A stretch of 37,311 nucleotides of DNA from Pseudomonadota bacterium. Its GTDB lineage: Bacteria > Bdellovibrionota > FAC87 > UBA2466. Where the stretch lies: NCBI GenBank assembly GCA_043767805.1, contig JAYUGC010000048.1:1-37311 (forward strand), written 5' to 3'. Made by a program: the position numbers and the translations under genes. Below, piece by piece: positions 16,964-25,187 of this stretch; position 1 is the stretch's first letter; every line of letters begins with the position of its first letter. The notes under the pieces are model-generated. The model saw nothing but the letters and a program-made list of their open reading frames with translations, did not search any database and was not told where the DNA came from.

Positions 16964-18967
16964 CTACTCTGAACGCAGCGCTTCGATGACCTGTAAGCGC
17001 TCCGCGCGTAACGCCGGCACGAAACCGCTGGCGAGGCCCACTACCACGATGGAGATGAAAGACAGCGCCACCGCCCAAGGCTCGACAATCCACTGAAACG
17101 GGAAATTGGAGATCAAGAACGAAGCCCCGTACACCGCGCCTTCATAGAGCCCAAAACCAATCGCCAACCCCGCGATACCCGCGAACAAGCACAGCGCCGC
17201 GCTTTCTGCGAGAAACTGCACGCGCACGCTTCTGTCCGTCGCGCCCAAAGCTTTACGCAGCCCAATTTCCTTGAGACGCTCGGAAAGGGAAACGAGCATG
17301 AGGTTCGTAATCCCAATGCCGCCCACGCCCAAGGAAACGAGCGCGATGGAGCCTAAAAGAAACGTGAAGATGGTGAGAAACCGCTTCATCTGCGCAATGA
17401 GTAACGTATCTCCGCTGACCCTAAACTCTCCAGCCTTCCCGTACTTTTGCTCGAAGTAACCGCGGATTCCCTTGGAAAGCCGCTCGATGTCGGTTCCCGG
17501 CCGGGCCTGAATGAGCAGGGTTCTAATCTGAGCGCTCCAGGCATTTCCAATGGTCTGAAACAAAGTGTAGGGCATGTAAATTTCGAGGTTCGGCTTTCTC
17601 CATTCCTTGTTGCTCGTTTGCGACTCCAGTACTCCAATCACCCGGCATCCGTTCGAGGTCTGATCTTTGGTGAGACGAATGACTTGGCCGATGGGATTTA
17701 CCGTCGCGAAAAGCTGAGTGCGAATTTCCGATCCGATGAGACACACCGCACTCTTGTCCTCTATGTGAATCGGCAAGAAGGGCCTCCCCTCGACCACCTT
17801 CTTTCCGGAAATACCAAGGGCCTGCGGAGCGATACCCATCAAGCGAACGTCGTTATCCAGGCGCTTTCCGCCGAAATTTACCGCGTAACCCCAGTCATCC
17901 AAGACCGGTGACAGCCCCTCGATCTCGGGAAAGATATCGGGTAACGGCTTTAAGTCCCGGTCCACGTCGAATCCCCGAAACTGCACGGTGACTTCATCAG
18001 TGGCCTTTAGGTCCCAATTCATATGCCCGTGCATGATGAGGGTATTCACGCCGAGCTCCGCGTAAGACTCAAGAATCTTTCTTTTCGAGAACTGACCGAG
18101 AGTCACCATGGCGAGCACCGCCGCCACTCCGATGGTGATTCCCGACATGGTGAGGAGCGCCCTTCCTCTCTGCCGAACGAATCCTTCCCAAACCAGGGGC
18201 ACGAGCCCTCTCACTACGGCACCCAGAGCTTTGCGTTTTTTTTCTTCAGGCGGACGAATCGCCGCGCCCACCGATTGCGTTTCGCTTCCCCCTTCGAGAA
18301 GGCCATCTCTGACGTGAATCGTACGGCCGCACCGCGCGGCGACCGACCCATCGTGGGTAATGAGAACGATGGTCTTGCCCAAGGCGTTCAGTTCTTTGAA
18401 GACGGTAAGGATTTCGTCGGTGGTTTTGGAGTCCAGATTGCCCGTGGGTTCGTCGGCTAAAATCAAGTCAGCGTCGTTCATGAGCGCCCGGGCGATGGCG
18501 ACTCTTTGTTGCTGCCCGCCCGATAACTGGTTGGGCAAGTGATGCAGGCGATCCCCAAGGCCTATCGCTTTCGCCAATGCCTCCGCTTTCGCCCGATCCA
18601 GGCGGCCCGGCTCCACGCTTTCCAAAGGGTACCGAGAGGGCAGCAAAATATTCTCGAGAACGCTCGCTCGCGGAAGCAGATGAAACTGCTGAAAGACGAA
18701 ACCCACCGAGCGATTGCGAAAAGCCGCCCGCTCCTCGTCGGAAAGATCGAGTACGTCGCGGCCCTTGAAGCGAATGACGCCGGAGTCCGGGCGCATGAGG
18801 CAGCCGAGAAAATACAGAAGCGTCGACTTACCCGATCCCGACGGCCCCTGAAGCGCGACCATCTCGCCTTCGAAAACGTCGAGCGAAATTCCGCGCAGCA
18901 CCGGCACCGGCCCCGCGGGAGTCCGGTATGCGAAATGGAGATCCCTGATTTGAAGGATGGGTTTCAA
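16964..18967 (-). CDS. macB: MacB-like ABC transporter (ATPase plus FtsX-type permease)
   Basis: GPSGSGKST, LSGGQQQR, ADEPTGNLD; 1 TM, periplasmic domain, then 3 TM; VGGIGITNLMLVSLSERLKEIGLRKALGA. Confidence 0.9.
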   Translation of the reverse strand: MKPILQIRDLHFAYRTPAGPVPVLRGISLDVFEGEMVALQGPSGSGKSTLLYFLGCLMRPDSGVIRFKGRDVLDLSDEERAAFRNRSVGFVFQQFHLLPRASVLENILLPSRYPLESVEPGRLDRAKAEALAKAIGLGDRLHHLPNQLSGGQQQRVAIARALMNDADLILADEPTGNLDSKTTDEILTVFKELNALGKTIVLITHDGSVAARCGRTIHVRDGLLEGGSETQSVGAAIRPPEEKKRKALGAVVRGLVPLVWEGFVRQRGRALLTMSGITIGVAAVLAMVTLGQFSKRKILESYAELGVNTLIMHGHMNWDLKATDEVTVQFRGFDVDRDLKPLPDIFPEIEGLSPVLDDWGYAVNFGGKRLDNDVRLMGIAPQALGISGKKVVEGRPFLPIHIEDKSAVCLIGSEIRTQLFATVNPIGQVIRLTKDQTSNGCRVIGVLESQTSNKEWRKPNLEIYMPYTLFQTIGNAWSAQIRTLLIQARPGTDIERLSKGIRGYFEQKYGKAGEFRVSGDTLLIAQMKRFLTIFTFLLGSIALVSLGVGGIGITNLMLVSLSERLKEIGLRKALGATDRSVRVQFLAESAALCLFAGIAGLAIGFGLYEGAVYGASFLISNFPFQWIVEPWAVALSFISIVVVGLASGFVPALRAERLQVIEALRSE

Positions 18968-19848
18968 CCCCGGTCTCCCGGGATGGTTCCAAAGTCAGTG
19001 GGAAGCACGCGCTCGCCCTCCTTCAGACCGCTGGTAATCTCATAGGCATCCTCGTTGTGAATGCCCACGCCCACTTCCGTCGGGCCCTTGCCCTCGATGA
19101 CCGCGATGTGTTTCTTGCCCTCGGTTCTCAAGAACTCATGACGAAGCGATAAGACACCGTCTTTTCTGTCCGTGATGATATCGAGCAAAACCGACATCCC
19201 CGGCCGCACTCGCGAGTCAGGATCCTTCATGACGATACGAACGGCGTACTCCACTTGTCCTTTTCCGCCCCAGCCCCATTCATCGCGCTCCTTCGCACTC
19301 AGCGCAATTTCCTGAATGACGCCCTTATAAGTTCTATCCAAAATGGCGGAAGCCTTGATGACCGCTTCTTGCTTCGTGCGGATTTTCACCATGTCGAGCT
19401 CCGGCACATCGGCCTGAACGAAAAGCTCGCTGAGATCATCGATCCGGACGATGAACTTTTTCACGTCCGTATCACGTACGTACTCGCCTTCGCTCGCCAG
19501 TACCTGCACGACGACCCCCGGAAACGGCGCGCGAATGGGAAAGGCCTGCTCTCTCGTCGCTAACGACTGGACAATGGAGAGAACCGGATCGCCTTCTTTC
19601 ACCCGGTCGCCGACTTTTACGTAGAGCTTTTGAATGAAGCCTGGGTACGGCGGCATGATGACCGTCCGGCGCTTGGGAACGACGACGCCTGCGACCGTAA
19701 TCCGGCTTATTAAGTCGGTCTTGGCGACGGTAGCTACGCGCAGGGAAGGATCCGTCTTGCCTGGCTTGGCAATTAAACGGTAAACGAGGGTACCGCCCCC
19801 CACCACCAATACCCCGACCAGAAATCTAATTGGCCATCGTCGTTTCAT
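18964..19848 (-). CDS. Periplasmic adaptor (MacA-like membrane fusion protein, short hairpin)
   Basis: N-terminal anchor, lipoyl halves VKVGDRVKEGD and IRAPFPGVV, RPGMSV, EITSGLKEGERV; 4-bp overlap with macB. Confidence 0.88.
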   Translation of the reverse strand: MKRRWPIRFLVGVLVVGGGTLVYRLIAKPGKTDPSLRVATVAKTDLISRITVAGVVVPKRRTVIMPPYPGFIQKLYVKVGDRVKEGDPVLSIVQSLATREQAFPIRAPFPGVVVQVLASEGEYVRDTDVKKFIVRIDDLSELFVQADVPELDMVKIRTKQEAVIKASAILDRTYKGVIQEIALSAKERDEWGWGGKGQVEYAVRIVMKDPDSRVRPGMSVLLDIITDRKDGVLSLRHEFLRTEGKKHIAVIEGKGPTEVGVGIHNEDAYEITSGLKEGERVLPTDFGTIPGDRG

Positions 19849-21136
19849 AGAGTTTTCCCTCGTAGTACCGATGGAGCGCCAAATTTTGCCGGTACTCGAA
19901 ATAAGCAGTCAGATAAGCGGATTTGGCGGAGGCCAAGTTGCCCAGACCCGTGATCAGATCGAGGTATCGTACCACCCCGCGCCGGTAGTCGCTTTCCAGG
20001 GTCTTGAAATTACTCGTCTCGAGCGCCAGCAGATCTTTACTGATGGAGTAGCTCTTCTTCGCCCGGTTCAGGTCGAGCCAGAGCGTATCGATGGCGGCGC
20101 GATCGGATTGCTCACGCTCCGCGAGATCCCGGTCGTTGATCCAGCGGTTTTGCTCGGCGATTTCCGTATCTCGGCGGCGGATGCCCCAATCCCAAAGATT
20201 GAAAGTGAGCGTGAGAGCCGCGCCATAGAAAAACCGATCGGAATCAGCGAGGCGCGCCCCGGTGCCCAGATAGCCCGCGAGCTCGTACCCGAGGTTTCCC
20301 GAGAGAGATAGCTGGGGCCAAATCTTGCGGCTGGTCAGCGAAACGGTGAGCTCGTTCGCTTTTCTTTGAAGGCCATTGGCCTGATAAGACAGGGTTCCGG
20401 TGGGGGATGGGGGCGCGGCCGGCTCGTCTTCGCCGCGGATGGTGCCCGCTTCGAGCGGAACGAAGGTCCAGTTGGTAGCTTCCTTCGACTCCGTGGGAAC
20501 GCCCAAAATTCGGACCAGCTCTCTTTTTGATTTCTCGACGTCATTGGAAGCCCGAAGGAGACCGAGCTCCGCTCTTTGCAGCTGCGCCTGAACCCGTACG
20601 TAGTCTTCCCGGCTCCTCATGCCGCCGCGGTATTGCTCGCTCATGAGATCGTATTGCTTCTTCAAAAGCCCGTACTGATCGCGCTCGACCGTATTTTGCG
20701 CGACCGCCAGCGAATAGCGCTGAAACTCTTGATGCAGATCGAGCACGATCTTTTCCCGCGCGAGGCGGAGATCGAGACTGGCCTTCTCTTCTCCCACTTC
20801 CGAGATACGGTACTTCGTATAGCTTTCGCCGTTATCCCAAAGCGTTTCGGTAAGCCTTAGACTGGTCGTGCTCGTCCACGGCGTCACAGCGGTAAGCGAC
20901 CTCGGGCTTGCCCCCAGATACCCATGTGTCGAGGCCAAGTCCACGGACGGAAGAAAGGCGGCAAAGGCGGAGCGCGCCTGCATGCCGGCGATGGAGCTTC
21001 TCGCTTTGGCCGTCTGCAGCGAAGGGGCATGTTCCACCGCGTAGTTCACGGCATCCTTAAAGGACAGCGTCCCTTCCACGGCTCCTAAGGCAGAGGCACT
21101 CGAAAGAAAAACAAAGATAGTAACGTGCCGCAACAT
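19826..21136 (-). CDS. TolC family outer-membrane efflux protein
   Basis: Signal peptide, LSFKDAVNYAVEHAP, FLPSVDL and WPQLSL repeats, LTFNLWDWG; first gene of the tolC-adaptor-macB operon. Confidence 0.88.
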   Translation of the reverse strand: MLRHVTIFVFLSSASALGAVEGTLSFKDAVNYAVEHAPSLQTAKARSSIAGMQARSAFAAFLPSVDLASTHGYLGASPRSLTAVTPWTSTTSLRLTETLWDNGESYTKYRISEVGEEKASLDLRLAREKIVLDLHQEFQRYSLAVAQNTVERDQYGLLKKQYDLMSEQYRGGMRSREDYVRVQAQLQRAELGLLRASNDVEKSKRELVRILGVPTESKEATNWTFVPLEAGTIRGEDEPAAPPSPTGTLSYQANGLQRKANELTVSLTSRKIWPQLSLSGNLGYELAGYLGTGARLADSDRFFYGAALTLTFNLWDWGIRRRDTEIAEQNRWINDRDLAEREQSDRAAIDTLWLDLNRAKKSYSISKDLLALETSNFKTLESDYRRGVVRYLDLITGLGNLASAKSAYLTAYFEYRQNLALHRYYEGKLYETTMAN

Positions 21137-21167
21137 TAGCGCTAACTGTCTCCTAGTTTCTCTACTA

Positions 21168-21194
21168 GACGAGCCAACTGGATCGAATGTGAGA
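21168..21194 (-). promoter_or_regulatory. Putative ECF promoter for the tolC operon: TCTCACA-N16-CGTC
   Basis: One mismatch to the ECF41-type consensus TGTCACA-N16-CGTC, exact spacing, about 30 nt upstream of the tolC ATG. Confidence 0.55.
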
Positions 21195-21221
21195 TGTCAC
21201 ATCGCGCCGCCCAGCGCCGTC
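21195..21221 (+). promoter_or_regulatory. Putative ECF promoter TGTCACA-N16-CGTC
   Basis: Perfect match to the ECF41-type consensus, 47 nt before the ATG at 21269. Confidence 0.62.
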
Positions 21222-21268
21222 GCTCTCTAGTAGAATGAAAGTATCCCCGATCCCAACTGGAGGCCCTA

Positions 21269-21517
21269 ATGAAATGGATGGCAATCCTTGCCACGCTAGG
21301 TCTGCTCGGCTTGAACAACGCCGCGCGCGCCGATTACGTGGATGAAACCGAAGATCTCGTTCCGCCCGTGAGCGGAAGCGAGTACGACGCCGAAGCCGTT
21401 TGGAATTCCGTTCGCGAGGACGGCGAAATCATCGAGCCAGGCTATGAGCGCGAACAACCCACGGTGAAGCTACGTCGCGGCGACGTCTTGAGCGAAGTTC
21501 AAGAGAACGAAGATTAA
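21269..21517 (+). CDS. Small secreted acidic hypothetical protein
   Basis: GGAGG site, signal peptide ending ARA, Asp/Glu-rich mature part. Confidence 0.72.
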   Translation: MKWMAILATLGLLGLNNAARADYVDETEDLVPPVSGSEYDAEAVWNSVREDGEIIEPGYEREQPTVKLRRGDVLSEVQENED

Positions 21518-21634
21518 CTCCCCAAATTCCCGCGTGCTTTCTCCCATCTTTCTGTCAATTGGCTCCACCAAAACCGAGGCGATATCCGGAGTCTTGGCGG
21601 ATATCTTAATGGACACAAAGACTTAGCCTAACAT

Positions 21635-21660
21635 GAACTTTTACCCCTCCCCGAGCGTCT
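21635..21660 (+). promoter_or_regulatory. Putative RpoE-like ECF promoter GAACTT-N16-GTCT, probably autoregulatory
   Basis: Typical AAC/GTC ECF elements 21 nt before the spy-like ATG of the sigma operon, followed by an AAGGAG site. Confidence 0.65.
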
Positions 21661-21681
21661 TATAGGGCAAAGGAGCCAATC

Positions 21682-22152
21682 ATGAATCACTTCACTAAAC
21701 TGTCTCTCATTCTGGTGGTCGCCCTACTGGGCTCGCAACCGGCGCTGGCCAGACACCACCGCCCGGAGCTCAAAGAGCACGGCGAAGGCGGTGGGCCCGG
21801 CGGTGAGCTCCAAGCCGCTTTGCAAGCCTTGAACCTCACCGACGAGCAAAAGAACAAGATCAAGGAGCTCCGCAAAGCGAGCGGCGAGGCGAACAAAGAA
21901 ACGCGCAATGCTTTGAAGGAAGGCCGCAAGGCCCTGGAAGAAGCGATGGGGGATGCGAAAAAAGCGGACCTTCTCGCCAAATTCGATTCCTTGGCGGGAC
22001 TGAGGGCCAAGCTCAGTCGCGCCCGATTCGAAATGATGCTCAGCGTGCGCGAGATCCTCACCCCCGAACAGCGGCAGAAGTTCCGCTCGTTCATGGAAAG
22101 CCATAAAGGAAAACGTTTCGGCAAGAGCAAGGATACCGAACAGGAAGACTAA
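21682..22152 (+). CDS. Spy/CpxP family periplasmic chaperone
   Basis: Signal peptide and two LTxxQ motifs (LNLTDEQK, ILTPEQR). Confidence 0.9.
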   Translation: MNHFTKLSLILVVALLGSQPALARHHRPELKEHGEGGGPGGELQAALQALNLTDEQKNKIKELRKASGEANKETRNALKEGRKALEEAMGDAKKADLLAKFDSLAGLRAKLSRARFEMMLSVREILTPEQRQKFRSFMESHKGKRFGKSKDTEQED

Positions 22153-22155
22153 GCC

Positions 22156-22671
22156 ATGGGACTGCTCCTAAAAAAAGCGGACGTCGGGGAGTCGGAAGAC
22201 TTCGAAGCGCTCTACGAGCGCTACCGGCGTTTGGTGCGGTCGGTGCTATTCAAGCTGGCGCTCAGAGACGATGTGGACGATCTCGTTCAGGAGACGTTTC
22301 TGAAAGTATGGCGCGGCAAAGAGTCCGTGCGCGAGCCCGCGAAGCTCAAATCTTGGGTGGTGCGAGTAGCGGTGAACGTCGCGCGGGACTCCAGCCGCAA
22401 GGGAAGGCGCCTTCCGTCCAGCGTGCCGCTGGAAGAAGGTAGTAGCCCCGTCTCCGAGTCCCGGCCTGAGGAACAGCAGCGCTTGATGCGGGGACTTGCG
22501 GAACTTTCCGCGGCCCACCGGGAAGTGCTCGTGCTCTACTGTCTCGAAGGCTTGAGCCTCGAAGAAAGCGCGGAGTCCCTCGGGATCTCCGTCGGTACGG
22601 TGAAGTCTCGGCTGCACTACGCGAAGAGCAGGTTACATGCGTACCTTTCCAAGACTGGAGGTTTCCCATGA
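22156..22671 (+). CDS. ECF-type RNA polymerase sigma factor
   Basis: Region 2 FEALYERY…DDLVQETFLKVW…SWVVRVAVN; region 4 GLSLEESAESLGISVGTVKSRLHYA. Confidence 0.93.
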   Translation: MGLLLKKADVGESEDFEALYERYRRLVRSVLFKLALRDDVDDLVQETFLKVWRGKESVREPAKLKSWVVRVAVNVARDSSRKGRRLPSSVPLEEGSSPVSESRPEEQQRLMRGLAELSAAHREVLVLYCLEGLSLEESAESLGISVGTVKSRLHYAKSRLHAYLSKTGGFP

Positions 22672-22991
22672 ATCAATGGAATGAAAAAAAGGAAACCGAG
22701 CTCGATCGGTTTCTCGAGCGGCATAATCCAGAAGCTCCGCCCGCGCGCTTAGGCGAGCTCAATCGGATCAAAGCGCACCTGGATGCCCCAGCCCCGCAAA
22801 GACCCGGGTGGCTTGTCTGGAGTCCCGCCCTCGGCACGATCGCCGCCATGCTTTGGGTGTGGGTAGCGGTCTACAAGGCGCCCGTGCGTAGTATGGAAGA
22901 TGAGGGAGCGCTCGATTCCGTCGAGACGGCAAGCCTTCTCGATGAGGAGCCGGGCGCGGACTGGAACTTGATCCTCAGCTCGGTCGAGTAG
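22668..22991 (+). CDS. Putative single-TM anti-sigma factor
   Basis: ATGA overlap with the sigma gene; cytoplasmic N-terminus, one TM (WSPALGTIAAMLWVWVAVY), short acidic tail. Confidence 0.65.
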   Translation: MNQWNEKKETELDRFLERHNPEAPPARLGELNRIKAHLDAPAPQRPGWLVWSPALGTIAAMLWVWVAVYKAPVRSMEDEGALDSVETASLLDEEPGADWNLILSSVE

Positions 22992-24177
22992 CCGGAATTT
23001 TTCGCTGACCCGAGAGACAATCGATCCCGATGGCTACCGTCATATCGCCGAGCACGTTCACGGAGGAGCGGCAGCGAGCGAGCACCCAGTCGACGGTCAG
23101 CAGAAGGGGAATTCCTTCCACCGGCAACTTCACGGCGCCGAGCACGAGAGACAGCGAAATGATCCCCGCCTCAGGGATTCCTCCCACTCCTATGGTCGCT
23201 ATCACGCAGATGAAGGCGGTCACAAGCTGGTCGGTGAGTCCCAAATGTTGCCCATAGGCTTGAGAAAGAAACAGCACCGCGACGACCTCGTAGAGCAAAA
23301 TTCCGTCGTTATTGAAGTTGGTGCCGACGCAAGCTGAAAGCCGGGCCGAGCCCGGGGTTACTTTGAGCTTATCGAGTGCTTTTAAGGTCGCGGGCAGAGT
23401 GGCAAGGCTGCTGTTAATCCCAAACGAGTAAACCACCGGCTCCCTCGCCGCCCGCCAAAACTCTTTCAGCCCGAACTTCGCTACCGCGAGGATCCAGGTG
23501 TGGTAGACGAGCGCCACGTGAATCCCCATGCCGAGCAGGCAGGAGAAGAAGTAGGCGCTAAGCCCTCCCAAGAGGGAGAAGCCATGCTCGCCCACCATTT
23601 TCGCCACGGAAACGAAGACGGCGAAGGGAATGAGTCGGACGACGAGCTCGACCAAGTAGGTCACGAATCGGAGACCCTTTTCCGCCGCTACTCGCAGGGG
23701 CTCGAACTTCTGCGCCCCAAGGACTCGCTCCAAAAGGAGCAAAATAATTCCCGCGCCCACCGCGCTGAGAATCGCGCCGATCATGGGGCTAGACATCACG
23801 AGCTCCAGCGCCTTTTCGGGAGTCGCGCCGGGCTTGGACAGAGTTTCCGGGGACGGCAACGGCAAGTACTGACCGGGGCGAAACAAGTTCGAGATGACGA
23901 GACCGATGGTGATCGCGCAACACCCATTCAAGATAGCGACGCCAAAAAGCCAGGCGACGCCCCTACCGTGAAAATCCCGCCGCAGCAGAGCTTCGAAAAT
24001 AGCGAAGAAGAGAAGAGGAATGGCGAGAAACTTGATGACTTGAATGATCCACTTCGCCAGGTCCACCAAAGGCGCAATCTGAGTGCCCCAGATGAGCCCC
24101 GCGAAAATCCCGAGAATCATCCCGATCAAGGTTTGCAGGTAGAGCGGCATCCGCCAAAGTCGGGCTAAAGCATTCAC
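22975..24177 (-). CDS. Dicarboxylate/amino acid:cation symporter (DAACS)
   Basis: SSLATLP, GTNFNNDG, GVGGIP, VDWVLARCRSSVNVLGD; GGAG site before GTG at 24177. Confidence 0.9.
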   Translation of the reverse strand: MNALARLWRMPLYLQTLIGMILGIFAGLIWGTQIAPLVDLAKWIIQVIKFLAIPLLFFAIFEALLRRDFHGRGVAWLFGVAILNGCCAITIGLVISNLFRPGQYLPLPSPETLSKPGATPEKALELVMSSPMIGAILSAVGAGIILLLLERVLGAQKFEPLRVAAEKGLRFVTYLVELVVRLIPFAVFVSVAKMVGEHGFSLLGGLSAYFFSCLLGMGIHVALVYHTWILAVAKFGLKEFWRAAREPVVYSFGINSSLATLPATLKALDKLKVTPGSARLSACVGTNFNNDGILLYEVVAVLFLSQAYGQHLGLTDQLVTAFICVIATIGVGGIPEAGIISLSLVLGAVKLPVEGIPLLLTVDWVLARCRSSVNVLGDMTVAIGIDCLSGQRKIPATRPS

Positions 24178-24300
24178 TGGATTATCTCCGGGTGTCGACG
24201 AGAAGCGTATCACATCGCCCTCAATGAGGCTTCGAGCCGCCTTTCATTTCGAGAAAGGTTCTTATGAAGACCTGCACTCGGAAGGGCAGACGGGTACTGC

Positions 24301-24373
24301 AAAAGGTGTGTGGATACTTTTAGCCACGGCAATTCCCGTGCCGGCGTTGGCTAAAAGTATCCACACACCTTTT
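24301..24373. repeat. Perfect 26-bp inverted repeat (pair of REP-like units)
   Basis: AAAAGGTGTGTGGATACTTTTAGCCA (24301-24326) and its exact reverse complement (24348-24373), 21-nt spacer. Confidence 0.9.
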
Positions 24374-25187
24374 AGCGGATGAAGGCGAGGATTTTGGGAG
24401 TGAGAGAATTGCGGGCGGAGCCCAGGTCGCGAAGGACGCCGAAGTGATCCATGGTTTTGTCGATGATCAGCTCGGCTTTGAGATTTTGTTCGACGAGGTG
24501 AGCGTGAAAGACTTTCGTCTGGTCCACTTCCGCCAGCTCGTCGGGCTCGCCGTGGATGAGAAGCCAGGGCGCCTTTGATTTAAAGGGCGACTGGCGTGGC
24601 GAGGCGTCTTTCCATTTAGCGCCTCGGGGGCCGAAGGCGTCGTTCAAAAACCATTTATCGTAACCAGGCCAGCGCTTGTCCAGCTTTTCCAAATCGTAGA
24701 TGCCGGCGAGACCGATGTAGCCGGCGGGAATGCCCGCGGGTAAATCCTTCGGCTCGACCGCCAGAAACGCCGCCATGTGCGCTCCCGCCGAGTGCCCCAT
24801 CAAGAAAATCCGTTTCGGGTTAAAGCCGTACTTTCCGGCTTGGGCCGCCACCCATTTGAGCGCCTCCCGAACATCGTCGGCGTGGGCGGGATGCTTTACT
24901 TTCGGGGACAGCCGGTACTCCACCACGACCGCAACCACGCCTTCTTGAGCAAAGTTGCGCGCGAGCGGCTCGTACGCGGTCTTCGTCCCGCTAATCCACG
25001 CTCCGCCGTGCACCATCACCAAAACGGGAGTGTCCGTCGACACTTTCACCGGCAAATAGATGTCGAGTTTTTGCGCGGGCTCCGAGGTCGACCCAAGGTA
25101 CGCGATGTCTTTGAAAACCAAAGCGGTCTCCTTACTGTCTGCTAGGGCGAGCCAGGGAATCAAAACGATGAGCCAAGCTTGTCTCAC
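24372..25187 (-). CDS. Secreted alpha/beta hydrolase (HSL/BD-FAE-like esterase)
   Basis: HGGAW oxyanion motif, GHSAG nucleophile, HGEPD and DHF triad residues; GTG start overlaps the upstream TGA. Confidence 0.9.
   Translation of the reverse strand: MRQAWLIVLIPWLALADSKETALVFKDIAYLGSTSEPAQKLDIYLPVKVSTDTPVLVMVHGGAWISGTKTAYEPLARNFAQEGVVAVVVEYRLSPKVKHPAHADDVREALKWVAAQAGKYGFNPKRIFLMGHSAGAHMAAFLAVEPKDLPAGIPAGYIGLAGIYDLEKLDKRWPGYDKWFLNDAFGPRGAKWKDASPRQSPFKSKAPWLLIHGEPDELAEVDQTKVFHAHLVEQNLKAELIIDKTMDHFGVLRDLGSARNSLTPKILAFIR

Noticed and set aside
21187..21202. CRP/FNR site
   Set aside because: TGTGA and TCACA are spaced by 4 nt, not 6; better explained as two abutting ECF -35 boxes.
24301..24373. 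CRISPR repeat or IS terminal inverted repeats
   Set aside because: Copies are inverted rather than a direct array, and there is no cas gene, transposase or evident target duplication.
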